From contig OZ176054.1 in assembly GCA_964247055.1 (NCBI GenBank), positions 5,456,001-5,520,000 of the forward strand: DNA of 64,000 nt, written 5' to 3'. Position numbers and translations under genes: made by a program. Shown piece after piece: positions 39,281 to 51,963 of the stretch (position 1 is its first letter; each line of letters begins with the position of its first letter). The notes under the pieces were generated by a model, which saw only the letters and a list, made by a program, of their open reading frames with translations, did not search any database and had not been told where the DNA came from. Source of the DNA: Paragordius varius. Taxonomy: Eukaryota; Animalia; Nematomorpha.

Positions 39281-39863
39281 CACTTCGATTCAAATTGGGG
39301 TATCTAAATACCCCAGATTAAATTAAAATTAATATTTTTAAAAAACTACTGAAGGAAACGGTCCCAATTTAAATTTATGCTTCTATCCTAATAAATATTA
39401 TATAAATATGCCAAAATATCTTGATAAAATTTTGTTTTGAAAAAAAAGTTCCATCTCAAACTACTTCGACGCCATTTTTATTTTACAAAATTTTTGCAAA
39501 ATATCGTCTTTATTTAATTTTAAGGATAAAACTAAAGCTAATTTTTTTTATAAATTACATCTAACATTGATAGAAATAGAAATTGCGGTTTAGTTTGTAT
39601 AATTTTCCAATTTTACAATTTGACATATGTCACGTTGAGGAAAATTTTTACCTTTCGGTTTTAGCTTAAAATAAGTAATATCAAGTATTTTTGAATTAAA
39701 TTTTTTATATATTTCGGTTTATTAAAGTTAGATAAGTACAAAATTTTGCCATGGTTTTGATTCCTTCTATATTTTTTAAAGAATTTTATTTTAAACAGGC
39801 CTGGGGTATCCAACTACCCCAATTTGAATCGAAGGACTAAAATGAGTGTGTTGTATCCAAGTG
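39281..39863 (+). mobile_element. piggyBac-like MITE copy, 583 bp
   Basis: TTAA at 39277-80 and 39864-67; same termini and internal inverted repeat as 19223-19783. Confidence 0.9.
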
Positions 39864-40559
39864 TTAAGTAAATGCGTTCTTTTTGCGCATGATATAACAA
39901 AAATTTTAAAAATGTCAGATTGCAATCTTCTTCTTTACTTTTAGTAAATAATACAACATTTAATAGAAATTCGTTTCAATCGTCTTTTGAAACTATCCGA
40001 ATAATGCACAGTTATAACTGTAAATTTATTGCATAATCGATAAAAAAATAAAAAACACCATACTGTTTTTAGACTTTGATTTTTTGAAATTATAAGCCTT
40101 CCAAAGAAAATAATTAATGATGAGATGGTAATAAAAACTTAAAAATAGCTGTTTTGAATGGTATAAAAGCAATAAATAAGTATTTTAATCAAAAAATTTC
40201 ATGTGTTAACTTTTTAGACATTCATTGCCATCTAGACAAAGTTTGAGCTATTTTCATCCATTAGTTTTAAATATTGATCGCTTTCTATGACATATATTAA
40301 TTATCGATGTAAAACATATTAGTATAAATTTTATAGAGCTTTAATTCTTTCGAATGATATACAAATGGGCATTTGTCTTATTCTAAAAACCATTTTTTAG
40401 TAAAATTTTGATAAAGAGGGCGCATAATTAAAATCAATTTATACAAAATTCTTAGTTTGAATTATAATTTTTATATCCTTTACTGTTAAATTTGATAGTA
40501 AATATCAGAAAAGGCAAAAAACTCGAGTGGCAGAAAAATTTGTCTAGTTTAATCAATCA

Positions 40560-40960
40560 CCTTTTGGAGTAGTTTTATATCCCAGAATTTAAGATTTGAA
40601 TATCTTAAAAAGTATTTATAAAAGCCGAATATAAAAATATGCTTTCTTTAGCCTTTTAGGCGCATTATACAAAATATTTAGTTAAAAATATAAAATATAT
40701 AAAATTCTCAAATTTTGCCACTTTTTTAAATCGCTAATGCAACAGGCAAATTTTTGTATATTATGGTTAGGAAATGCAAATGATTAGTTAAATTTTAGGC
40801 TTTTTACCAGTAAATTGATAGATTTATATCAGCTGTTCATTTCAATCATGTTTTGGATATCTGTCACTCTATAACTTACCAAAATAAATATATTTTTCAA
40901 ATACATAAGAAAAATGTCTGATATTTAAATTTTTACTAAAATAACTTTCAAAACAGTAAA
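40560..40960. repeat. Partial copy of MITE family C
   Basis: gtagttttatatcccaga...aaaaatatgctttctttagccttttaggcgcattatacaa matches the reverse complement of 51222-51702 and 63270-63430. Confidence 0.65.
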
Positions 40961-41318
40961 TTTACATGAACTCTGAGATATATTTACTACTGAGATGTAA
41001 ATTGTTAAGATAATCATAATTAAAAATTTCGTGATATTTATACTTTTTTATTAATGATAATTTTAACAAGCATGCGTCACAATTGTAAGAATATGTCTTT
41101 TATTCTACGAATATATATCTGAGAATTCCATGAATAATGAGGCACGAACATAAACGCCAAACGCGATTAATATAATAATATGATGTAAGATAAAAATACA
41201 ATGATGCAATTTTGTAATATCAACTACATATCAACTACCAACGTTTCTTCTAGGACAAAATAGTGAATCATAAAGTGTCAATTGTTGTGTCGATATGGAT
41301 AATATCTCAGGTCTGTAA

Positions 41319-43889
41319 TCTATATATTTATAAAAATGGAAAATGCTGGCTTTGTGATCTGGTACAGGAAAACCGGTAGACCCAATCAAATCCAAATATC
41401 GAAAAAATGTAATCATTAATGAATGCCCCGACAATAGCTTCGCCCTTTTTTTGAAATAGGCCCCCAGTTCGGGCCCACCCCGTATGAAAAACGGTTTTTT
41501 TTGGAAACAGAAGTCCACAAAAATCGTGTCTTTGAGACAATTTTCCGGATAACGTGTTGGACCATTCAATTTCAAATATGATTATTGTTTACTTATTTTC
41601 GATTGCGCCGAACATAGCCGAGCCACTTTTTTGATTAAGGCCCTCTTTTTACCCGCTCTCCCCGTAAAATGCCACCTTTTTCAAAAAACAAAGTCCACAA
41701 AAATAATTTTTTTAATCGATTTTTCGCCCTAGGTATGAGACCGTAAAAATTCTATATGGATTCCACGTATTCCCTGTTAAAAGGCAAAAATTTTAGTCTA
41801 CCGTTTATTTGATGATAGCTGCTGGGTAAGGAGCTACCCGCTAAAAACTGATTTTTCATATAACTTTGTGATCTGTTTCCGGAAAACCGGTGAACCCAAT
41901 CAAATCCAAACATCGAAAAAATTTAATCATTAATGAATGCCCCGACAATAGCTTCGCCCTTTTTTGGAATTAGGTCCCCAGTTTGGGCCCACCCCGTGTG
42001 AAAAATGGGTTAAATTTTTTGGAGAACGTGTTGGACCATTCAATTTCAAATATGATTTTTGTTTACTTATTTTCGATTGCGCCGAACATAGTCGAGTCAC
42101 TTTTTTGATTTAGGCCCTCTTTTTACCCGCTCCCCCCGTAAAATGCCATTTTTTTCAAAAAAAAACAAAGTTAACAAAAATATTTTTTTGATTGTATTTT
42201 TTTGCCCACGGTATGAGACTGTAAAAATTCGAGAAAGATTTTTCGTATTGCCTGTTAAAAGGCAAAAATTTTAGTCAAGCGTTTCTTTGATGATAGATGC
42301 TGAGTAAGGAGTATCTATCATATGTGTAGCATGTTAAAAGATATATGGATATTAATACATTATTTATGGTAATCTATATATTTATAAAAATGGAAAATGC
42401 TGGCTTTGTGATCTGGTACAGGAAAACCGGTAGACCCAATCAAATCCAAATATCGAAAAAATATAATCATTAATGAATGCCCCGACAATAGCTTCGCCCT
42501 TTTTTGGAATTAGGTCCCCAGTTCGGGCCCACCCCGTGTGAAAAATGGGTTAAGTCAATTTTTTGGAGAACGTGTTGGCCCATTCAATTTCAAATATGAT
42601 TTTTGTTTACTTATTTTTGATCGCGCTGAACATAGTCGACTCACTTTTTTGATTTAGACCCTTTTTTTACCCGCTACCCCCGTAAAATGCCATTTTTATC
42701 AAAAAAAACAAAGTCCACAAAAATAATTTTTTAAATCTATTTCTCCCCCAAGTAAACAATAAATTAGTATGAATGCACCGTTTTAAGATTCCTATGAAAT
42801 CATAGCTATTAAATAATTTTTCGAAATAATCCACATGTGTAGATCATTTTATTGTCCCTTTTTTCAAATAACCCCCTCCCCCCAGAAGTCCGAAGGACTT
42901 CCTCGGGCTGCGTAGCAGCACGAGATTTACGCTAGTAATCTATATATTTATAAAAATGGAAAATGCTGGCTTTGTGATCTGGTACAGGAAAAACGGTGGA
43001 CCCATTCAAATCCAAACATCGAAAAAATATAATCATTAATGAATGCCTCGACAATAGCTTCACCCTTTTTTTGAAATAGGCCCCCAGTTCGGGCCCACCC
43101 CGTGTGAAAAATGTTTTTTTTCTAAAACAGAAGTCCACAAGATCGTGTCTTTGAGACAATTATCCGGAGAACGTGTTGGACCATTTAATTTCAAATCTGA
43201 TTTTTATTTAGTTATTTTCGATTGCGCCGAACATAGTCGTCTCGCTTTTTTAACTTAGGCCCTCTTTTTACCCGCTCCCCCCGTAAAATGCCACCTTTTT
43301 CAAAAAACAAAGTCCACAAAAATATTTTTTTAAATCTCTTTTTCGACCTAGACATGAGACCGTAAAAATTCATTATGGATTCCACGTATTCCCTGTTAAA
43401 AGGCAAAAAATTTAGTCAGGCGTTTCTTTGATGATAGCTGCTGCGTAAGGAGCTACCCGCGAAAAACTGACCCGTCATATCCAAATAGCGTGCTTTTGGG
43501 GCTAAATTTCAGAAAACCTATCAGGCCATATGAGTTCAATAGCTGCTTAAAGTATTACCCGTAAAAAGTCAAAAATTTTAGTCGAGCGGATTTTTTAAAT
43601 TAACCGTTAAATAGGCCCTTTACTCCCTAAAAATGCGCTATCATTGAACTATTATTTAGTTTTGAAACCATTCTTCCAATAACTATTAGGACTGAACGAT
43701 TATTCCAGGTATAAAGGCAAATTTATTTTGTCTTTGGAGCTAAATTTCAGAATATGACACTATGTGAATCATTTTAAAACTTCGTGCCGCATACCAAAAT
43801 TGCCTATAAAATTAAAAATGCCCCCCCCCCCCCCCCCAGAAGTCCGAAGGACTTCCTCGGGCTGCGTAGCAGCACGAGATTTACGCTAG
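41319..43889 (+). mobile_element. Cluster of three non-autonomous Helitrons (41319-about 42312 truncated; 42373-42935; 42939-43889)
   Basis: Each starts A|TCTATATATTTATAAAAATGG; complete copies end with the hairpin CTCG-G-GCTGC-GTA-GCAGC-A-CGAG + 7 nt + CTAG|T; no TIR or TSD; internal units of about 510-560 bp. Confidence 0.88.
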
Positions 43890-45103
43890 TACTTTATAAA
43901 GACATGTATAATCAATATTATTTTTTATTGGTTAGTATTAATTTGAGAACTTTATACTAGGTGGAAATCATAAAAAAGTGGAGCTAATAGAATATCTTCT
44001 AAAATTGAACCTATCATAAATTAGCTTCTTAAATATTTGAAAATTTGGTAGTTACTTGAGTTATTTTTTTACAATTTACATTTATTGATTTTGTAAACGA
44101 AACTTAGAGTAAATTATACAGGTAAAATGTAAAAATTGAAAGACCATTTTTTTAAAGAAAAACCATCTTTCTTTTTTTAATTGTAACTATCCCTTTGGGA
44201 TGCAAAATGAGGATTGCTACATTAGTAATACTTTAATTATATAATTATTGCATTATATAATTTATGTAGGAAAAACTTAGGTTTTAAAAAGTATGGTTGG
44301 CTATTTCAAAAAAATACTTGTCTTTAGTTTTTTACTTTTGGCTGTATAATATTAATTTTTACTGTAATAGCATTTTTTAATTGTTAGTTAACAAATTGTT
44401 TAAAGCATGATTGAGAAACAATCATTTTATGTAATTAAATGTTTTTAAATTTTAACATCTAAATTAAATTTAAATTTTTAAACATTTCAATACGAATGAG
44501 CAGTCGAATACTTGGCAAATAAATTACACATTTATATTGATGAGAATTGGTATTCTAATTTACCATTTTTGATAAATTATTATATGTCGAGTATAGAATT
44601 CTATGTAATGATTAACATTTTTTGTTTTTATTTTCAACAGATGATTATATTTTCGTAGGAGCAACTTTTAACTAAAATATAGTTTAGAATGTTGGTTTGG
44701 TATAAATTTAATTGGCTACATTGTTTTTCATTACTAAAAGACTTATAATTTTTACAGTTGTAGAGAATTAAGATAGGTTTGAAATTCAATTAAAAAATAC
44801 AATCTTTATAAAATTAACCTGATTTCTAAAGTAATTTTTTACATTTTTAACCATAATTTATTTGCCTGTTGTACACGACACAAAAAATCTTAATAGACAT
44901 TTTTTTATATAAAAATGTATCAGGGTTCTCATGTGCTTAATTGAGCCTTCATTTTAAAAAAAATAATACTTTTGTGATTACCCCATATTAATATCGTCAA
45001 ATTTATTCACATTGTGATTAAAAAATGGGGTTAACGCTTCTGCAAAAAATATTTGGCCAAGTCATACTCCAATAAAATCTATGAATCTAAACTATTACAA
45101 CAC

Positions 45104-45520
45104 GTTACACTCCATATATCTTATTACTGAAAAGTGGCGGTTTGGATGTAAAATACAATAATACGATAATTTATATAGAGCCTTACAGCAAAATCAAGTT
45201 AGCCAAGTTATACAATAAACCGTCCAATAAAATCTGTTTTAACTTGATAGAATATGTTACACTCCATCTATCTTATTACTAAAAAATGGCGGTTTTGGTG
45301 ATGAATGGATGTAAAACACACTAATACGGTAATCTACGCAGACTGTTGCATCGAAATCAGTTTAGTTAAGTCTTATCAAATGTGCAGAAGATATGTTTTT
45401 ATTTATTTTTCAGCTACAAAAACCAATACTATACACCTCATCTATCTTATAAATGAAAATTGGCGGTTTTAATTCTAAGTGGTTGTGAAACACACTTATA
45501 CGAGAAAGCTATGATCGTTA
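45104..45520 (+). repeat. Three diverged tandem units (about 150-175 bp)
   Basis: tacac(t)cc(t)cat(c/a)tatcttat(t)a.t.aaaa.tggcggttt recurs at about 45104, 45256 and 45430. Confidence 0.75.
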
Positions 45521-46409
45521 CAACAATAACATAATATGCCAACATGCTTTTCAAATAATGCCAATTTACCTCGCTCTTAGTTTTTGACAAAATGAAATCT
45601 TATTCTTAAATTACTGCTAATACCAACAATTAAAGAATTTTAAAATTATAAAAAATTTTATCATTATATTAATGATTTATTAAATAATCCATATTTAGGC
45701 CCAGAAACGGTATAATATCTTACAAAATAAAAAATAAATAATTTTATATGTATTTTGTGAAATATGGTATTGTAATTTTTAACATTTTTTTGTCTTCTTA
45801 TAAACTACAGACGACAACTGTTTGTATACCCCATATGGGTTTTAATTAAATAGACCCGAGTTAATAAACTGTTAAATAGCTGATTTTGATATATAGTAGC
45901 TAATAGGCTTTGTTTTATAATAATTTAATTTTTGGGTATATTACTTATAACATTTAACAAATAATTTTTATCAAAAAAAAGCTAGCCAAAATAAAGAGTC
46001 TTTGCCACACAATTCGGCTATTTTTATGAGACCCACTAAAATTTTGTGCTGATAATAGACAATGTAGGGAAGTTTAATTTTAAATATAATAAAATTTAAT
46101 TTCTCTCAAATAATTTTATTTGTATTCTTTTACAAGTTATTTGATATAACTTCATTCAATGATTCTCAAGATCAATTTTTTCTTATAAAAATGTAATTAT
46201 TTTTAAGAACGAGAACTTTCGAATTATTAAATTGGTTATCAGTATCGTAAATGTTAAAATCAAAAAAATTATCTTTGGATCTATAACATGTGTCATAGTA
46301 ACAGCTAAATGTGAGCATAGTGCAGGAAAAAGTAATATATTACATTAAGGAATAATTTTACTATAACTTTTAAAAATATACAAGACAGATAATATAAATA
46401 AGAAAATTA

Positions 46410-49345
46410 TTATATAGTTGCAGTTATCTTGCCAATAGAATATTGTGCTGAAATAATACTAGGATCCTCGGGGAAAATTTTGATTGGTAAATCCCAGGTT
46501 AAAGTTTCGACGCTTTTCGTGATTGGGTAATTAACACTTGATGATATTAAGGTCGTATCTATATATATATGATATAATTTCGATTTAGTAATAAAAAAAT
46601 TTTCTAAACTTTTATCGTTTAAAAATAAAAAATAATTAATCTAATTTTAACAAAAATTAGTTATCATATCTATCATATAATACAAGTTGTTTAACAGATT
46701 TTTATATAAAATATATGCCAAAAAACTTAAAGCGACTAAGCGTAATGTATTGAGAACTAAAAATAAACAATTTTGCAAAAATATTTTAATAAGTGATAAC
46801 GGATTTTAAGCTATTGAAATTTTTAAAGGTTTGTAAAAGTCATAAGTTTGCAAATTTTATATATACTATAATCCTTAGTATTAACATAATTTAAAGAACA
46901 TCACCTACCATTACACTTAAAATACTAACAAAATAACTCTTTATAAAACTTTTTTTACCAAGTTGTGATAATTATATTACAAAATGTACAACATCTTTGT
47001 TAACAAATAAATGTAGGGACTACTTTTCAACTCTTTAGCGCGTAGGGATGAAGAAAATTGTGACACATTAGGTGTTTCCCAACCGTTTTCATCAATGATT
47101 GTATTAGCCGAATCGTGAATAGGATCTCCATCCAACACCTTATTAAAACTCTTTATATCCATGCTTTTAAAATTACGTTGATTCGAGATTGTGAATTGAA
47201 AATGTAACTTCCATTGATGTTTTACTAAGAATGATTATAAAATTTATTTATGTCTTAAAAATATAAAAAATAAAATAAATTAAAAAGTGGAGTTTATAAT
47301 TTAAATGGTTACATATGTTTGTGGAAAAAGTCGGGGTTATGGTAAAAGGCAAAGATAACGTAATAGGGAATATTTGGGCATTTAATACGGAATATCGCTT
47401 TTCCAAATAGCAATAGCCTGTGTGCGTTAGTTTCCCATCATTATTTTTAGTCTGTAAATTTTTATGTAAAGTCCATTTCGAGTTTGGTGTAAATTCTTCA
47501 TAATCTTTTAGTGATACCAATACCTATCAAATATTTAATAATTATTATTCACTGAAAAATATATTTTACTGCCTTTCATCAAATTACTATACTTATTTGT
47601 TAAATGGTAAACGTGCTATATTATCGATACATATATGAAATGTTGTTTTAAAAATAATTTATGCTTGCCGTAAATCCACCAAAATTAAAAACTTACAGTG
47701 GAATAAATAAAATATTTGTAATAAAGCAAATAATATTAGGAGTAAAAATGAATATTAGTGAAAATAAAAAAGAAACAAAGGGTCATGATGCGCGAGTAAG
47801 CATTACCATACCCATTAAATAATAATTATTTTTTGCTATTAGTGAAAGAAAAAAAGGAAAGGAAGGGTATTTATTGAGTATGTAATACCATACTATTACG
47901 TAATATTCTTTCCCTCAATAGTAAATAGTAAAAAAAAATTATTATTTGATGGGCATGGTAATGCTTACTTGCGCATTTTTTATTTTCACTAATATTCATT
48001 TTTTTACTCATAATATTATCATCTTTACTACAAATATTGTTTTATTAAATCCACTGTATGATAAAAAATATAGATTAACGAATAGTGTTTTCAATTCAAA
48101 TGTTGGGAGATAGCTACACTTAAATATTATGAATTAGTGGGCTATCTTCTGTCATTTAATAGCAATAAATATAAGATTTTTTTAAATATAAGTTTAAGGT
48201 AAAAAGCGCTAATCATTTAACCGGGGTAATTTTAACAAAAAACATCGCATTTTCGATAAAAGAAAATTATTTTTTTAAACTTTATATAATAAATAGTCCT
48301 TATCATTTCCACCAAAAAAGTTTTGACGTACGGGAAATTATATAACTTAATTTTCGAAATTGTATTTTGGTAAAAATTTTAATATATATATCCGTGGAAA
48401 ATAAAAAAAGCTCTTTTGCTCGTAGTTAATAATTATCAAATATCAAATGAAACAGTGTTGCTAAAGCCATTTATACTTAAAAAACAGTCTAAAATATATT
48501 GTGGGTTTATAAAAATAAACCTCCAGACAAATGGCTACGGCATCTCTAAAATCCAAAGAAATATTTATGTCTTCTCCCAATTTAAAGTAGGATTTAGATA
48601 GTGATAATTTACAAACTTTTATATTTTCCGATAAAATATTATAATCTAACAAATTATGCATATATAAAACTTATTGACCGTGGAGATATTATATTTTCAA
48701 TCAAACCCTTAACATTTTCGACGTCGAATGCTTTAGTTTGCTTTTTTAAAAATGGATTGAGTGGTGTCACATTTTGATGCAAAATTTCCGAAGTTAAACC
48801 TAATTATTAATATTGTAAAATTAAATATAATCTATACCTTGCAGCACCATAACTTTAAAAGGAATCCGGACAAAATTAATCGTAGAATTGACAAACTGTG
48901 TGGTGACGATTAATTTATAGGCGTACTTGCAAAGAATACCCCGATAAGATGGATATGACTCAAAAGGAATATTTTCAATGTAAAAAACTAATTTATATTT
49001 TAAACCAAACATTCATTAATTTGATGTTCATCTAAGTCATAGTTTTTGCAAATATATTTTGGTTGAGAAAAATATACGCAATATCCTTTTTCCTCTTATA
49101 ATAAATGATAGATAAAACCTTCAGAAAAAATTGAATTCACATTTTGTTTGCCGGTATATTCAATTTTGTCTTCATCAAAATAGCATTGACACCATATCTG
49201 AAGACAAGTGTATAATATTTTCCTATATTTTATGGAAATAATACGTAGATTTTTCACTTTTTTCCAGGTTAAACTTAATGCTTGCAATCAATTTATCGCC
49301 ATTTAAATAATAGGCCCCCTTTAGCAAGTCCACCGAAACTATCAT
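46410..49345 (-). CDS. RGP1: RGP1 (RIC1-RGP1 Rab6 GEF subunit), multi-exon
   Basis: MIVSVDLLKGAYYLNGDKLIASIKF, CLQIWCQC, PSYRGILCKYAYKLIVTTQFVNSTINFVRIPFKVMVLQG, QWKLHFQFTIS and last exon VETLTWDLPIKIFP parallel human RGP1 (PPSFRGQSVKYVYKL, KWRLHFEFVTS, VDTFSWDLPIKVLP). Confidence 0.88.
47696..48056. mobile_element. Tc1/mariner-type foldback MITE (361 bp) in an RGP1 intron
   Basis: TA|CAGTGGA...TCCACTG|TA with imperfect TIRs of about 140 bp (e.g. gcgcgagtaagcattaccatacccatt / gatgggcatggtaatgcttacttgcgc). Confidence 0.88.
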
Positions 49346-49585
49346 GTGTTGTATCGATGTTGCACATGAATCCTAAATAATCCATATGGGTTTGAATATG
49401 CAATGATATAATTGGAAAAAAATGTTTTAGGATGATTGAGAAAACATTTTTATAGTTCAATGGGTTTTCAATAGATTTTATAATATAATGTCTGAATGCC
49501 TTTATATTTTTAAAATTACTCTTAAAGAATTATTTTTATGAAAGTTTTGGCTGTAATTAGCAAGTTGCCACTTTAGGTCATTTAA

Positions 49586-50650
49586 CACTTCGATTCAAAT
49601 TGGTGTATCTAAATACCTCAGACTAAATTTAAATTAATATTTTTAAAAAACTACCGAAGAAAACGGTCCAAATTTAAATTTATGCTTCTATCTTAAAAAA
49701 TTATATAAATATGCCAATGTATAGTCTTCATTTAATTTTAAGAGTAAAATTTAAGCTAATTTTTTATTCATATTACATCTAACATTGATAGAAATGGAAA
49801 AAGCGGTTTCTTTTGTATTATTTTTTAATTTTACCATTTCACACATGTCACGTTGAAATTTTCACCTTTAGGTTTTAGCTTAAAATAATTAATATCAAGT
49901 ATTTTTGAATATTTGTTTTATATTTCGGGTTATTAATGTTAAATAAGTCCAAAATTTTGCCATGGTTTCGATTACTTCCATACTTTTTAATGTATTTGAT
50001 TTTAACACTTGGACAATACATTCATTTTAGTCCTCCTATTCAAATTGGGGTAGTTAAATACCCCAGGCCTGTTTAAAATTTAATTTTTTAAAAAATATAT
50101 AAGGAGTCAAAACCATGTGATAATTTTGCGCTTATATAATATTAATAAACCGAAATATATAAAAAAATTTATTCAAAAATACTTGATGTTACTTCTTATG
50201 AGCTAAAACCGAAAGGTAAAAATTTAGTCAACTTGACATGTGTGCAATGGTAAAATTGAAAAATAATACAAAATAAACCGCTTTTTTTATTTCTATTAAT
50301 GTTAAAAGTAATTTAAATAAAAAATTAGCTTTAATTTTACCCTTAAAATTAAATGAAAACGATATTTTGGCAATATTTTATAAAATAAAAATGGCGTCAA
50401 AGTAGTTTGACATGGAACTTTTTTTTCAAAACAAAATTCTATTTAGATATTTTGGATATATAGTTTTTATTAGGATAGAAGCATTTTAAATTGGGACCGT
50501 TTCCTTCAGTAATTTTTTAAAAATTCTAACTCAAATTTAGTCTGGGTTATATAGATACCCCAATTTGAATCGAAGTGTTAAACAGACCTGAAATATCCAA
50601 TTAACCCAATTTGAATCGCAGGACTAAAATAAGTGTGTTGTATCCAAGTG
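49586..50650 (+). mobile_element. piggyBac-like MITE interrupted by a second, inverted family member (50006-50577)
   Basis: Outer TTAA at 49582-85 and 50651-54; inner element flanked by TTAA at 50002-05 and 50578-81; the outer sequence resumes exactly (acagacctg ~ acgggcctg) after the inner copy. Confidence 0.92.
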
Positions 50651-51221
50651 TTAAATAAAATATATGTAAATGTGTGTGTAGGCAAGCTTCGACAAATTAA
50701 AATTATTTTCCTCAGTATGAGACTTAGAATTATAACACATACTAAAAAATCCTATTTACCAAATTTTTAAAAATTTTTATTGTTTTTAACTCCCAAGTTT
50801 TTTAATATGGGGATTGAAACAGAAAATGTTTTGGGCAATGTTTCGGTTTAAATAAGGTGTCAAACAAAATTATTCCTGAAATACGTTTTAAATCAATAAA
50901 ATATTTTACAATAATTCTGATTTCAGATACTTTTTTTTAAATTTAGGGGAAACCTATGATTATTATACAATGGGTAGAATGATAAAAAAAAAGAAAAAAA
51001 CTTTTCATTAGATTTACCCAAACATCATGACCTTTTTGGGTAGTTTTATATACCAGAGCGATTTGAATTTGAAAATCCAAAAAAGTATTTTGGGTATTAG
51101 GCCGAATCGAAAAATGCTTTGTCTATTTTAAGGCAGATGCCTCATAATTTTTTAAAGAAATGTAAAATTTGATCCTCCTCACAAACTTTGCGTCGCTTTT
51201 CACTTGTTTGTCTACAATGTC

Positions 51222-51702
51222 ATATTAGGGTAGTTTTAATCCCAAAGCGTATTGTGAATAAACTGTTATTTTGAGTGTTAATTTAGTTAGAATTTTATTA
51301 TCAAACATTAATCCTGTATTAATAAAAAATTTACAGTTTTGTAACTTTTAGAGTCGAAATTTCGGACAGCTCCTAAACCGCATCAAACTAAACATTTGTT
51401 TAAAAAATCAGATATTTATTTTCGTTGGTAAAATACATATTGAAAGCTTTCTAAAATTAATTATTTACAATTTCTAACCATAATAACTTTATTTGCCTAT
51501 AGTATTAGGGATTTGAAAAAATTTTATGAAAAAAATGGTGGCGAAAAAGTTTGATATGAGGATTTTTTATTATTTTACATAAAAAAAAATTTTGTATTAT
51601 GCGCCTAAAACACTAAAGAAAGCACATTTTTAAATTCGGCCCAATACCTTAAATGTCTTTAAAAGTATATTTTCGCTTGGGATATAAATCTACCCCAAAT
51701 AT
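51222..51702. mobile_element. MITE family C, about 480 bp
   Basis: Imperfect TIRs ATATTAGGGTAGTTTTAATCCCAAAGC / GCTTGGGATATAAATCTACCCCAAATAT; related fragments at 40560-40960, 51030-51150, 51770-51963 + 54706-54722 and 63270-63430. Confidence 0.65.
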
Positions 51703-51963
51703 CATGGAGTGTTGTTGCTAACACAACAGGAGATAAATGTATATTGGTTAAAAAACTTTTAGGTTACATTTTACCAGCAAAAACTTGATATTTATTGCTT
51801 TCATAATCAGCTTTTTTCAAACTGTTTTGGAGCATCGCAACTTTTGACTCTGAAGTTCCAAAACTGTAAGAAATATAAGTTTTATCTAATAAGAACAGTG
51901 TTTGATAATTATAATTTTAACTAAAATAACTTTAAACAGTGTTGTATTTAAAAGAGTGTATAT

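Noticed and set aside
41231-43406. Recurrent small ORFs (MSQRHD..., MES/MPF...RNRK), also at 9017-9484
   Set aside because: They arise from the non-coding Helitron repeat units, vary by frameshifts between copies and have no recognisable domain.
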